Shown piece by piece: positions 27,791 through 41,246 of a DNA stretch of 64,000 bases. Below the pieces are notes generated by a model. That model saw only the letters and a list, made by a program, of their open reading frames with translations. It made no database searches and was not told where the DNA came from. Numbering within the stretch: the first letter of the stretch is position 1; each line of letters opens with the position of its first letter. Source of the stretch: Eledone cirrhosa (Eukaryota); NCBI GenBank assembly GCA_964016885.1, contig OZ024743.1:96100001-96164000 (forward strand). The letters run 5' to 3'. The position numbers and the translations under genes were made by a program.

Positions 27791-29819
27791 ATGAGTTGCG
27801 AAAATCAGGTAAAATACTCCTGGAGACGGAAAAAAGTGTAAAGACGTTTCTTAAATCAACACCTCTTTACATTTCTCGCTTCAGGCTTAAAATGTTGTAA
27901 AATCATTGAATTCCTGGTTAGCAGTAGTTAAGACACTTGCCCGGCACCCGGGATAGCTGGGTTCATATTTCTGAAGGCACCTCTGTCATTTTTTCCGTCC
28001 CCCATTAGTATTTTACCCAATGTTTTCAATTTTTTTTTCATAGTATTCGACTAATAACCTGATAATTTCTGTGTTGGGACGACTATATTTGAAATTTCAA
28101 CGGTTGCCTTTTAAAAGATCTTTTCTGAATCTCAAGCTGTTGGGTATCTATCTTCTCTCTAATAATGAGCTCATCATCTCAGTAAAATTTAGTCTGTACA
28201 TTATTTAACGTATACGTAAAAAAATGTAAAATATAAAAACCAGTAAGCTAACACATTTCTGCAGATTTTAGGCTACATCAAAATAATTACTATCATTTCC
28301 CTTATCTATAGAGAATTATTGAAAGAAAACTCATCTTTCTCGCATACGTAATTATTTTGATATCATAATCCTGGTTTGAGATATAATTCTTGGTGAAAAC
28401 TAATGCTTTTGCAACGATGAGTTAGTTACTGAAGGATAAAACTCAATCAAACGGGTTGATTTTTTTTCTTTTGTGAAGGCTTATTATTCAAACAGCTGAT
28501 AAAAGAGTGGACACTATTATGTCAAATATACTTTTAATCATTATATCTAGCTCCCTTTTAGTAACGTTTATTAACCTACAAGATGGATTATTTATAGAAT
28601 TCTCTTTATCGTACTTTAGTGCAAAGTATAGTTTTTATAAGGTGAGATGTGCAACCATGTCAACTATTTCCTTAGCTTCAACATTAATGGAATTTAGAGT
28701 AGTACGACTAGTATTTTATAGGTATTTGTAATACTATTGTATATTAATCTATCATATGTGAATTTAATATGTCAAAATGCTTACTGGCTAAATGTGGGAT
28801 AATCTTGTATAGTCCTGCTATACACTACAAACAAATCAAAAATGTTACTAATATAAATATTCAAAAGTTTATATCTCGTATATAACTGGTAGATCGTTTG
28901 AATCATTTCCATACTTTTTATTGGTTGGAAATCGGCAAAACTACCTAATTTGTGAAGCTACAGTTTGAAATGTGAGTACACTATTATTACTCATTGCATT
29001 TTAGCTCTTTGTTCTTGAGATGCTTTTACACTTCACATGTCCTTCCTGTATGTGTGTGTGTGTATTTGTGTACGTGTGTTTGTGTGCGTATAACATATAT
29101 ACACACATACATCATACACACACACACATACACATATATATATATATATAGTAATAATAATAAATGTGAAGACTAAAATCCAAAGAGGGCTCGATAAGGA
29201 TAAATATATATCAAATATATAAGAACCCTTAAGGGTGAAAGCAACGATTCTTTGCTTATGTTTTACATACATAAATATATATGTTTTACATACATAAATA
29301 TATATATAAATTTAATATAAACAATTGTGTGATCGTACTCGGAGATGCTATAAAATGCAGTGAAGACCCTTATAGATGTAGTTCCTATTGGCCGCTGACA
29401 ACTTCTTTTTCCGTATTCAAAGGTCTTTACCGTATTTTATAAGACATTGTATGGCGTTTCTCCGAATGAACACACCACACTTCACATTAACTTCCTCTCA
29501 GCGCTTCGTAAAAGTCCGAAAAATCGGCCACGTGTATATAAATACATATATATATGATTATTGGAACGCGTGATTATGTTACTAACTGCTTTATGCCCAA
29601 ATCCTAATCTTCAGAAGCTGACACAGCTAATTAGAAGATTATCATCCCCAACTAGCATTAATCGTAAAGTAACGTTTGTTTTTTTAAATTTGGTTGTCCT
29701 TGCGCCTGAAGAGAGTGAGGCCAGTTTTAGAAGCACTACTCCACTATACAGTGGTAGCCATAACTGGACCCCGAACCCTAAGGTAATGTACACATGTTAA
29801 GTGTATGAACATTAATAAA

Positions 29820-29895
<76 letters not shown>

Positions 29896-30283
29896 GATAA
29901 CAAGTTATCGTTATAGGTAATCCAGTTAGAGGTTGTGAGTACTCTGCGTTGTGGATAGTTTTAACGTACGGCTTTATTTGACTCAACAAGATGCTTCCAT
30001 ATTTATGCAGCGAGATCGTGGTAATTTCTATGCAGGTTGTACTTGGAGTAATAATATTTAAAGAATGAAGAGTAACATGGTTGGCTGTACAATAAGGGCT
30101 TTATTTAAAGTACAGACAATTGTTTCGTTGATCAGGTGAATCTAGAGTTCGCTAATCGCTTGGGGTTGCGTCATTCGATCTCCAATACATTATTTACCTC
30201 TGGTCAACACATCAGAGTACGTATTGAGGTTGCGTCATTCGACCTCCAATACATTATTTACCTCAGAGTACGTAGATATCCGC

Positions 30284-30394
30284 GTACTCTGATGTGTTGA
30301 CCAGAGGTAAATAATGTATTGGAGATCGAATGACGCAACCCCAAGCGACTAGCTAACTCTAGACTCACCTGATCAACGAAACAATTGTCAGTAC
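30284..30394 (+). ncRNA. Hammerhead-like motif, CUGAUGU variant, long stem II
   Basis: Stem I gtact/agtac, stem II gttgaccag..ctgatcaac, GAAAC AATT GTC. Mirror copy on the minus strand at ~30110-30220. Confidence 0.5.
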
Positions 30395-30443
30395 TTTAAA
30401 TAAAGCCCTTATTGTACAGCCAACCATGTTACTCTTCATTCTG

Positions 30444-30512
<69 letters not shown>

Positions 30513-30517
<5 letters not shown>

Positions 30518-30990
30518 CATACATACATACATACATACATACATACATACATACATACATACATACATACATACATACATGGTGGCTGCCAACTCGTTTT
30601 CGAGTACGGCCACTACTTTATATCCATGTAGGAGAACCCCTACCGATGTGCTGAACAAGTGTGACTTTTTAGTCCAGCCTGCGACTTGAAAACTCTGGTA
30701 CAAAGACTACACTTGTGACAATTACTGACACATAGTGCTGGGCCCATGGTACCGTGTGATGACAAGTGCAGAGAGATCTCCAGATATGAAGCAATGCCTC
30801 TGCCGTGAAGCTTTTATAGTGAGCAAAGACACTGCACAAAGCCAGTCCCACTCTCTTAACCAAGATGATATTTACCAAAAAGAAGAACAAGTCAACATCA
30901 TTGGATACCATCAGGGTTGCAGGTGTTATATCAGAGTTTTCCTTCTCCTAGAATTCTGCCTTGACAAAGGCTAAGGGGTCATCTCTCCCG
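30513..30990 (-). mobile_element. Second RTE-family 3' end with (ATGT)n tail
   Basis: Terminus cgagttggcagccacc(atgt)n resembles that of the adjacent copy. Confidence 0.7.
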
Positions 30991-30992
30991 GA

Positions 30993-32010
30993 CATACATA
31001 TATACATACATACATACATACATACATACATACATACATACATACATACATACATACATACATACATACATACATACATACATGATGGCTGCAAACTCGT
31101 GTTCGAATATTGCCATCGCCTGATAAAATGCTCAAAAATGTGAGGCATGAATGTGGCTCTTCAAACCAGCCAAAGACTTTCACCCTCCGACACATATATG
31201 GCAACTGTGGCTCCTCTGGGACATTCCATTGCTTTGTTCTGGCTGTGTGTTCTCATGTGACTTTTAAGACCTCCCATGCTGCCACATTCCTTACACCTTT
31301 TCAGATCATAATCTACATGAGGTCTACTGATATGACTTTGTTCGTATCTAGTCAAACCAGCTTTGCTCAAGCAGACTCGACCACAGTGCTGGCAAACCAG
31401 ATGATGATCAACAACGGGCAGTCCAGAACAGTCTCCTTTCCTTACCTTCATTCTCAGTGTGTGGTGTTCTCTTCGATGAGTTTCAAAATGATCACTACCT
31501 GACTTAATCAAATGTCTCCACTTCAAAGGTTCCTCAGCCATTTTCTCCCATTCATCAGATGAATTTCCAGCACAAGTCGAGGTGCCTCCGACACAGTCCT
31601 GGTACCGCATTTTTGGTTTGTGTGGTGGTCGCCTTCCTTCACACAGTTCTCCGTAGAGAAGTTGCCTTGGAATATGATCATCAGGCATCCGGACCCCGTG
31701 ACCGCACCACCTCAACCGATGCCGAAAGATCATGCTCTCTATAGTCACGCACCTGCTCCGTTCGAGAACTTCCAAATCACTGACGAACATTTTCCATCGC
31801 ACCCCAAGTATCTTACGAAAAGATTGTTGGTGAAACCTCTCCAGTTCCTTGAGGTGCTTTCTGTATGTGACCCACGTTTCACAAGCATAAAGCAAAGAGG
31901 AGACGACACAAGTCAGATACACTTTCACCTTCGTTTCGATAGTGATACTTCGTCGGGGCCATAAACATGCAGCCGTCCAAAAGCATCACTGGCTTTCAGT
32001 AGTTGGTAAA
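30993..32010 (-). mobile_element. RTE-clade LINE 3' fragment with (ATGT)n tail
   Basis: Motifs LLYACETW, LERFHQ..RKIL, RLRWCGH..RM...IPRQLLYGEL..G.R, C2H2-like CQHC..H and CKEC..H. Ends gcagccatc followed by (atgt)n. Confidence 0.9.
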
Positions 32011-32095
32011 GTCATACATACTACATATATACACACATACTACATACTACATATATACACACATACTACATACTACATATATGCACACATACATA

Positions 32096-32192
32096 TAGAG
32101 GGTGTCCCCAAACAATGTATACACACTTTGATTACCTGTACAGGCAATATTTATTAGAATGCTGCTGAAGTGTGTATACTATTTGGGGGGAC

Positions 32193-32195
<3 letters not shown>
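32096..32195. mobile_element. Small Tc1/mariner-like MITE
   Basis: Imperfect TIRs gtccccaaacaatgtatacacactt / aagtgtgtatactatttggggggac. Confidence 0.5.
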
Positions 32196-32274
<79 letters not shown>

Positions 32275-33135
32275 GTGTGTGTGTGTGTGTGTGTGTGCGT
32301 GTGTGTGTGCGTGCGTACATGTGTGTGTGTGTATATACATACATATATATATATTAATGCCTATTAATTATACGAGTTTGCATTAGCTTCGTGACTGCTA
32401 GGGGGAAAGGAAAATGACACCTCTCATATGTTGCTATTGAAAAAGAAGCGTATCAATATATTGATTACTTCTGATACTCGAGATCTGACTCGAATGTTAG
32501 TAACGCTGTGAACTCCGCTAACGACTCTGAAGGGCCGGGCGAGGGTTTTAAACCGGATGACGATTTAAGTCCTATAAAGGAACTGTGTAAAATAAAATAA
32601 AATATTACTTTACTAGCAACTACTACAGCCGTCACTCGCAATGGAGCATGACTTGGTAGTTTGCACCTTTCTTTTTTTAATATTTGTTGGTGCATGCGCA
32701 GTTACCAGCAAACACAAATACTCACTAGACCTTGTCTCCTTTGATTCACTGGAATATTCTAGAATGTTCAGATGGAAGGAGAAAAGACTGTACAAGCACT
32801 GGGTTGTTACTTTCTTTATCGACCCCGAAAGGATGAAAGGTAAAGTGGACCTCGGTGGAATTTGAAATCAAAATACAGAAGTCCGAAACCAATACCTGAC
32901 GCCACTGTCAATCCACTACTTTATACTTTGTTTATAAAGTTTATATATTTAATTGTCTATAAATATCTCATCTTTCCACTTATTTCAAATATTTTATTTT
33001 TCATTTTGTGAATCTTGAACTTAATTTTCTACATCGTTTTACATGTTAATCTTTCTACGTGTTAACCTTGCTACATGTTAACCTAGTTATGATATGTTTT
33101 ATATCTGTTAATGTAATCATCTCCTTTAGCATTCG

Positions 33136-33362
33136 TAAAAGGGTCAGCTGAAAAGTTCATATACTGACTAAGGTACTCCCATGGAATGACTAAATGAGGT
33201 TTATTTTTAATCATCGTTCCAGGAAAGAAACAATGCTAGTTTACCTGGAGAAAAACAATGCAGTTATTAATAAGAAGAATTGAAATCAATGCATGCAAGA
33301 TTTAACAGCTCTCGCGTCACTCCTTCATAGTCAGCCTATGAACTGTTCAGCTCATCATCCTA
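33136..33362. mobile_element. Mariner-type MITE
   Basis: Imperfect TIRs gggtcagctgaaaagttcatatactgact / agtcagcctatgaactgttcagctc, with TA at both ends. Confidence 0.6.
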
Positions 33363-35562
33363 TAGTTGTAAACGCAGCATGGTCGAATGGGTAAAAAGTT
33401 TTCTTCACATTTATTAGGACCCTGGTTCAAATCGATTATTTAGACAAGTGTCATTTACCATAGTCCCATGTCGATCTATGCCTTATGAGCGAAACTGGGT
33501 TAACAGAAACTGTTTAGAAGTCCATCAGATATTATGTACCTGTAATTCAAACGGCCAGTGTTGTCGCACGCTCTGTAACGCTAAATCTCATTAAGAATTC
33601 CCTTAATGTCTGAGGAATGCTCAGCCACGTTAACTTCACGAACAGGCTGTTCCATTGATCGAACAATTGGAACACTCATCGTCGGAACCGATGGAAGTCC
33701 AGGAACAACACTAAGTGATACTGTTTCCTTGCCGTTGACATTCTAGTAGTGTTTTGTCATATAAGTGTTTTGCCAAGCAATACTTCCTTGGCTTAATATA
33801 TTTCATGAATCTTTGAGTAGATGATCAACAAACATACTTAAAGATTGCTAAAAATCAAAACAATATTATTCTTATTTAATTATATGGTTTCGGCTTTTTT
33901 ACAATTTATTAGTATCATTAGTATTCTTTCAACCAGAGGCCCTGATTGCTTTCATCGATTTTTTTTATCATACAACTAACTATAAACGATATCATATCAT
34001 AAATGGTAATCGCAACTATCAATTTTTCAAAATATTTCTTTTTCCATCATGAATATATATTATCTTTAATAGAAAGTATTTTCTTTTTTGTTTGTGTAAA
34101 TATTAGTGATTTGATTTTATTTCCTTTTTACTGAATCTAACTTAAAGTATATAGGATTGGATTCTTTTTACAGACGTAAAGCTTACTCTGCAATCAGGCA
34201 TATTTCTAAACTGAACATGTGATTACAAAGAATCTTGGGGGACAATTGCGAATATTAGAAGAACGTATAAAGTAAAGCTTCTTAAGAAATAAATTATTAA
34301 TCTTAGTTCTTTATTTAAACGATGTTTTATAAATGTAAGCTGTTGATATGTCGAGGGAAATAAAGATAATCTATTGATTTGATGGAGAATATGAAAACTG
34401 TTTTATTTTCTATTTTAGTTTAAAGTTATAACTCAATCGTACTTTCCTTACTTCTGATAAAACTATTTGAAAAATCTATTAAATATTTGCAGAATATGAA
34501 ATATGTAGCGATGACATTGTAAGGAAAATAGGATCACAATATAAGAAATCAAATAATAAATCAAAACTTCTAAAAACGATCAGTATTAGCTTTTGTTTAA
34601 GAAGATATTGAATATTAATGAACACACATTCAAACATACATTGAACACGATAGCTATTGAGACTACCTTGTAGCAACACTGTATATTTTAAAACATACTC
34701 TAAACTCAAAACAAAAACGAAAATTTGTAAAGAAAACTGGTATGTATTCGAACGATTCTGAATTAAAGTTTTTCTAGTTTTTTGTTTGTTTGTTATATCT
34801 AATGTGACCATTATAATATTCTTTCACCTCTCATCGTGCGTAAACACCTGATTCCTCTTTAAATTTGATTTCTTAATCTTGGGTTCTCTTTATCCACTCA
34901 ATTTGGCTACTATCAAATGTTCTCTCTTCACATTTAGTGTGGACACTTTAAACTATACATTCAGCAAATTGTACTTAACTGTTATAATTCCTATAGAAAT
35001 TTGATTCATGTTAAGATTATTGTTATAAAATTACACATTGACCTAAAATTCATTTCGATTCAACCTTAGAGAAATGAATGCAGAAAATGGTTAAATCTCA
35101 AGAAACTGATATTCTTAGTTGTTCTACGGGCATCAGTGTCTTTAATAAGGTTAGTTGTGCCAATTTCAACTTTATCATTTATTGGCTTCACTCCAGATAA
35201 TTAAGTAGGGTATAACAGACTCAAACAATTAAAATGAACGCTTGTAATGTTGTTTATAACAACTGTCAATTGATTTATTACGTTACTTTCTAAACAAAAT
35301 TCTAAACACTTCAAAATATATAATAAATATTCACTTTGTACTATTCTTATCATATGAAAATTAAGAACCTTTGCAATATTTTAAATGTCTGAGAGGACCC
35401 AAGTAACTATTTACATTCATGAAGAATTATATAGATATATATTAATAATAATAAATGTGAAGACTAAAATCCGAAGAGGGCTCGATAACTTTCAGAAGAT
35501 CCCGTTAAGGGTGAAAGCAGCGATTCTTTGCTTAAACTTTAATCTGTTATTTTAATAAATAT

Positions 35563-35639
<77 letters not shown>

Positions 35640-35826
35640 TACAGTTGAAAATTGCAAACTTGACTGTCACCACTGAATATGAACCTGGAGATTGCGAAAG
35701 CATGAAAGTACTTGTTCAATTAACATTTAACATCTAATATTCTACCATACTATTTCATTATATCATTATAATTTTAAAGCATTGTAAATAAAACGAGTAA
35801 ATCAGACAAAGTTGGAATTCCTTTTA

Positions 35827-35911
<85 letters not shown>

Positions 35912-37552
35912 AATATAGAAGAGCTTCTACAGGACTAGAACTGTTTCATTCGTGAGAAATCATGTATATATATACATATTTCAAGGGAACCAGTATTTTG
36001 GTACGCTTTCATCAGATAGAATACAATAAAGATAGTGACATATCCACATATGAACTTAATGTTATGAGTTCAATGCATTGAACTCATAACATATATATAT
36101 ATATATATATCGATTTTCATTTTCGGTAAAGTAAAATCTTTAGCTGGTCTTTCCTTTTATTTATTTAACTTAAGCTATGAGAGCCAAAGCTATCAGATCA
36201 CCTTCACTAGGGAGTACATTACATTGATTACACTACATTTGTATATTGTATGATCAATGTTTAATATTTCATTATGGATCAGCGAAACATTCAATGTTCG
36301 TCTATCGTGGCTCACTAGAAATTAATTCATCCAAAAATCCTTTTAACGATTCGCAAGAAAATTTGACTAATTTTTTTTTTAAACTAAAGAAAGTTGAATG
36401 AGTGTGTGTTTCTGGGTGCCAAAAGTCTGCAGTATATCTACATACATCTTTGAAGAAATATATTTCAATGTATTTTGTTATTGCGTTAACTCTCCAAAAA
36501 ACTTGTATTTACTCTCATTGTTTTTGATCAGATATAATTGAGTTTATAAAAGAATTGGTGGATTATTTCAAAATAACCTGAGAGATCACGAAGCTGATAT
36601 GAAATCGAGTGGAAAACGAAAGCATGATAGCGTGTCGGGAAGAGAATACATCGATTATTATCTATTTATCACATCACAATAACATTTGTACTCGACACAC
36701 CGAGAATAAATTTAATTCAATTATCATACATGGATAAACTTTTTTGCATTTTTTTAGAAAAGTGTTTACCTAATATTTTAATTCAATTGTTTTAATTCTG
36801 CGATTGTTACTCTGGTAAATGTAGTTTTATACTTTAGTTTTTTTGTAATGTTCATGCTTCTGTGTTTCTTAACACTGTCATTGAATCAATTGGTAGTTTA
36901 ATGTCGCCAATCATAATAGGTTGCCAAAGAAATACTGTCATGTGACAAAATCATTTAGAATACACACACAATAAAAAACGAAAGAATGAAAGAAGAAAAA
37001 ATGTTTAGATATGGGAACATTAGAAAGAAATTACAAAGAATGAAGTGAATCAATAAATCAATAATTTCGGTTTGTGATTATGTAGAAATTCTGAATAGAA
37101 ATGAGGAATGTTGTGAATAACTGTCTAAACGGAGAGTAATTTCAAGAAATCCTATCGGACATTTGGATGTGAGTTAAGTATATATTACTCGAGATATTTC
37201 GTTTATATCTGTAAGTAATGTCTAGCTAGATGCCAGTCCACAATTTCTGTTCTTCTGTTTATAGAAACAAAAAAAAACAAGAAAAATTATATTTAGTGTT
37301 GATTTATTATTGTATTTATGATTGAAATATATATATATGTATGTATATATATATATATAGGAAAATATTCAGAACCCCGACGGCAGAACTCAAGCCGTTT
37401 CGACGGCTATTTCTGGACTGAAATAGCCGTCGAAACGGCTTGAGCTCTGCCGTCGGGGTCCTGAACCTTTGCCTATTACCCACTCTACTACCCAAAGTAT
37501 CGAGTACTCTAGTGCATTATGGTCCACCTGGTTCCTTACCACACTTCATTCG

Positions 37553-37672
<120 letters not shown>

Positions 37673-37878
37673 GTATGTAAAAGGTAAACAGAAATAACAA
37701 CACAATCAGTACAGTATATGAAAGATATATATTATGTTAACGCTTGATATAGCTAGTCCGTCATCAGAAGAAAGTATAAGAAATAAAATAGATTGAGGGG
37801 ACGGGCGGGATGGAATTGGAAAAAAATGTCTTTAGATAAAAATAACAGGTCCATTCATGTTGACATCTCTTGCAAAAC

Positions 37879-37915
<37 letters not shown>

Positions 37916-38999
37916 TAAACGGAAAAGAAAATGCTGACAAATTGTTCCCAGTGAAAAATACTTTAATTAGGAATAAGTAAAAATTAGTAATAGTATTGGT
38001 TAGTATTCAGTTTTGGTTTTAAGTTTTACCGGTTGCGCATTTCTAATGCTTTTCAAAAATAATTTTGAGATAGAGCGCACGTGATGTTTGCTCTAATGCT
38101 CTAATCTGATTAGTTTTGGAAATTCTACCGGTTTTATGTGAAAATAGTGGCTCCAGATGTATTAAAATAAGTTTCGCGCCAATTCGTGTTGCAAAAATTC
38201 TTGTGGTCAAAACAATTTTGATTGGTCGGTAGAGGTCATGTGAATGTTAAAAATTGATTTTGCGCCAAATGTAGGTTTGTGTCGGCTGATTGAGAAGTCA
38301 CTGAAAAATAAGTCTTTCAAAACAAATGTGTGTGTGTGTGTGTGTGTAGCAGAGTAATTCGTGGTAGATGGATGGTCAGTAGGAATGTTTCTGTACGTGT
38401 GTGGGGGATATTTTAACATGTTAAAAGATATTTTTCAGCTCTTGTCTTATACGGAGAAGTGTGTGTGTGTGTATATGTCTCTTTGTATGTTAATGTACGC
38501 GTGTGTACGTGTGTGTGTATATAAGTATGTGTGTATGTGTGATAATGTGTGTGTGTGGGTGTACCAGTATTTTTGTGATACTGGTAAAAATGGTGTACAT
38601 TATTCGATATTTTCAGTAAAAACGATTCTGTCAATAGAACATCAAAAACCTTAATAATAAAAAGTGTGAAATGATATATAGTATTGGCATAATACCAAGG
38701 TGTGTGTGAGTGTCCAGATTGTACGTACTGCAAGGGGAATCCATTAGGCCTTGCCGTATTGGAATACTTGTGTACAAATATGTATGTGCCCATCAGTGTG
38801 CAATGCATGTATGCGTTTATGTATGTGTGTGTGTTGGCACGTTTATATCTATAGACATCAAAAGGTATGCAAATTTGTGTATATTTGTGTTGCACCATAG
38901 AACATGTGTGTTTACGTATGTCAATGTGTTTATATGTGGATAGAGATGTATGCTGATGTAGGTATGTATGTTGACGTGTGTATGTTGTGGGTTCGTCTT

Positions 39000-40390
39000 A
39001 GGGAGAAGTGTTTAGACGGGGTCCGTATTTGTTAATAAAGTGAGATTCCTTGCTGATGCGCTGGGTGTGGGTGGCATTATCTTTAAATTTGTAGAGGGGA
39101 AAGATTCTGAAGTTGGGATGATTTGGGGCGGCACAGGTATCAATGTGTTTACTCAGTGGTATTTTCCCGTATTCCCATATTTTAATTTGGGATCTATAGA
39201 GTCATGCGTTGGCGGAGGCTGTTTTTAGTCTGGCCTATGTATTGTTCTCGACAACCTGAGCAAGTTAATACATATATTAGATTTTCTGATGCGCATGTGA
39301 AATTGTGTTTTACTATAAAACGTTGTCCTTCTTTGAAATAGAATTCCGAACCCTCTATTAGGTTGATGCATATGCCACAGTTGGGTCTATCGCATTTTTT
39401 TACTGTGGGTTTCGTTGTTATGGTTGGCAGTACTTTGGCATGTGTTAGGATGTTTTTCATTGACTTAGATTGTCTTTTGCTCTTTATGATATCGTGTGTT
39501 CGTAGGATTTGGTTCATTCTATGGTCCTTTTTCAACACAGGGATGTTCTGGAGGATAGTGTCAAAGGCCTCATTGTTGAGGGGTTGTGTGTGGAGATGTA
39601 TGGAAGAGCTTTTATTTTCGGTTGATTTACTTTAGGGTGTCTAAGGTCCTGGGTACTGAGTTTTAGGGCACGTTGGATTCCATTGTCAATTAGTGATGCA
39701 GGGTAGTCCCTGCCTATGAGTGTGTCCTTTAGTTCTTGTAGCCGTAAGTAGCAGGTGTTTTTATTGGAGACTATAGTACAGATTCTCTTGGCTAAGTTGT
39801 AGGGAATATTAATTTTAACGTGTCTAGGGTGGCAAGAGTTGAAAGGAAGATATTGCTTGGAGTCTGTGGGCTTGTAGTTTATGTCTGTTTCTATTTTTTT
39901 GTTATGGATCTTAATGAGGATGTCGAGGAATGGGTGTTGTTGATGGCTGTATTCCATCGTGAAGTTAATATTCGTGTTTAGCCCATTTATAAGGGTGTGA
40001 AATTCTTTATGTTTCTCGATGTTTTCGAGCCAAATGATGAAGCAGTCATCTAGATATCGCTTCCAGTTCCTTTCTATGTGTAAGTGGAGAGTGTTTCCAA
40101 ATTTGTTTAGGACTTTAGTGTAGAGGGTGATTTCCAGGTATCCAATGACTAGGTTGGCATAAGTGGGGGCTGTTTTCGTTCCCATAGCGGTCCCAGATTT
40201 CTGCCTGTAGGGTTTGTTATTGAAAACGAAGTAATTGTTCTCCAAGATAAATTTGAGTCCCTCTATCACGAATTCTTTTTTGATGCGTTGTGGGAGTTCA
40301 TTGTGGTAATTATCCAGCCAGAATTGGATAGCTTCTATTCCTAGGTTGTGGGGGATGTTGGAGTATAGGTTGACTACATCGAACGTCACA
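39000..40390 (-). mobile_element. Penelope-like element (RT + GIY-YIG), 5'-truncated, frameshifted
   Basis: Motifs VTFDVVNLYSNIPH, GTAMGTKTAPTYANL, WKRYLDDCFIIW, FLDI, KPTD..YL...SCHP, then C..C zinc motifs and LIYVLTC...QYIGQT. Confidence 0.92.
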
Positions 40391-40972
40391 TATATATATA
40401 TGTTATTCCGGGTTGAATCGGAGGTAACCACAGTAAGTAAGGTACTCAATACATAGCAGAATATGTTATGTCTATATCCATAAATACATTTAAATGTGTT
40501 TACAAATGTTATATTGTAGTCTGACATACATTCGTGTGAAACTTAAACCTAAGTCGTCACATTTCAAAAAAATATTGTACAAATTAAAATTAAGTTATTT
40601 AACAAACACTTCATGTGTCACATTTTAAAAAATATTCTATGACAATATCGTATGTAGAATGGGGGGCGCCATGGTGACGTTTTCATCTATTGTGGTAGCA
40701 TCCCACATCTCGTGTCTCCGCTAAGGGTTTGCTTGTCCACTATTTAGTGTTGCCTGTTAATCGTTTTATTTGTCGGCCTCTACTTTTTAGAAGGCCAATG
40801 CATTGTATTACATGGCCATACCTTCTCAGTTTTCGTTTCATCCCTATTGTGGGAAGATCTTCATAAAGAGCAATATGATATCGGGTTTTTGTTGCAGACC
40901 TAGTCGTTTGTAATAGAGTCTACGTTTGAATTCTGCAGTAGCATTTCATTTCTAGTGCCAGTATCTTTGTAG

Positions 40973-41200
40973 TGAAGGCGCATGGCTTAGTGGTTAGAGC
41001 ATTGGGCTTGCAATAGAAAGGTTGTGAGTTCAATTCTCGGCTCGGGTGATGTGTTGTTTCCTTGAGCGAGACACTTTGCTCCAGTTTACTCAGCTGTAGA
41101 AATAAGATGATAGGACTGGGGTCCCTATCATTAAATTACCCAAGGCACCTCCAACGAGATATACCTTGGAGGCCAGCTAAAACTGCATAGGTGTGAGCTG

Positions 41201-41245
<45 letters not shown>
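40973..41245 (+). mobile_element. tRNA-derived CORE-type SINE family B with (CA)n tail
   Basis: A box tggcttagtgg, B box gagttcaatt, CORE-like ccttgagcgagacacttt. Minus-strand copy at 16786-17041. Confidence 0.8.

Positions 41246-41246
<1 letters not shown>

Noticed and set aside
36059-36092. 34-bp perfect palindrome
   Set aside because: It is a real feature but short and TA-adjacent, probably a minimal fold-back remnant with no assignable function.
28507-36690. Possible plus-strand host exons (~28550-28640, ~34173-34270, ~36550-36680)
   Set aside because: The splice-like signals are common in AT-rich DNA and no recognisable protein motif was found.
40973-41045. Functional tRNA gene
   Set aside because: It continues into a CORE-like SINE body and tail and has poor acceptor pairing, so it is a SINE head.
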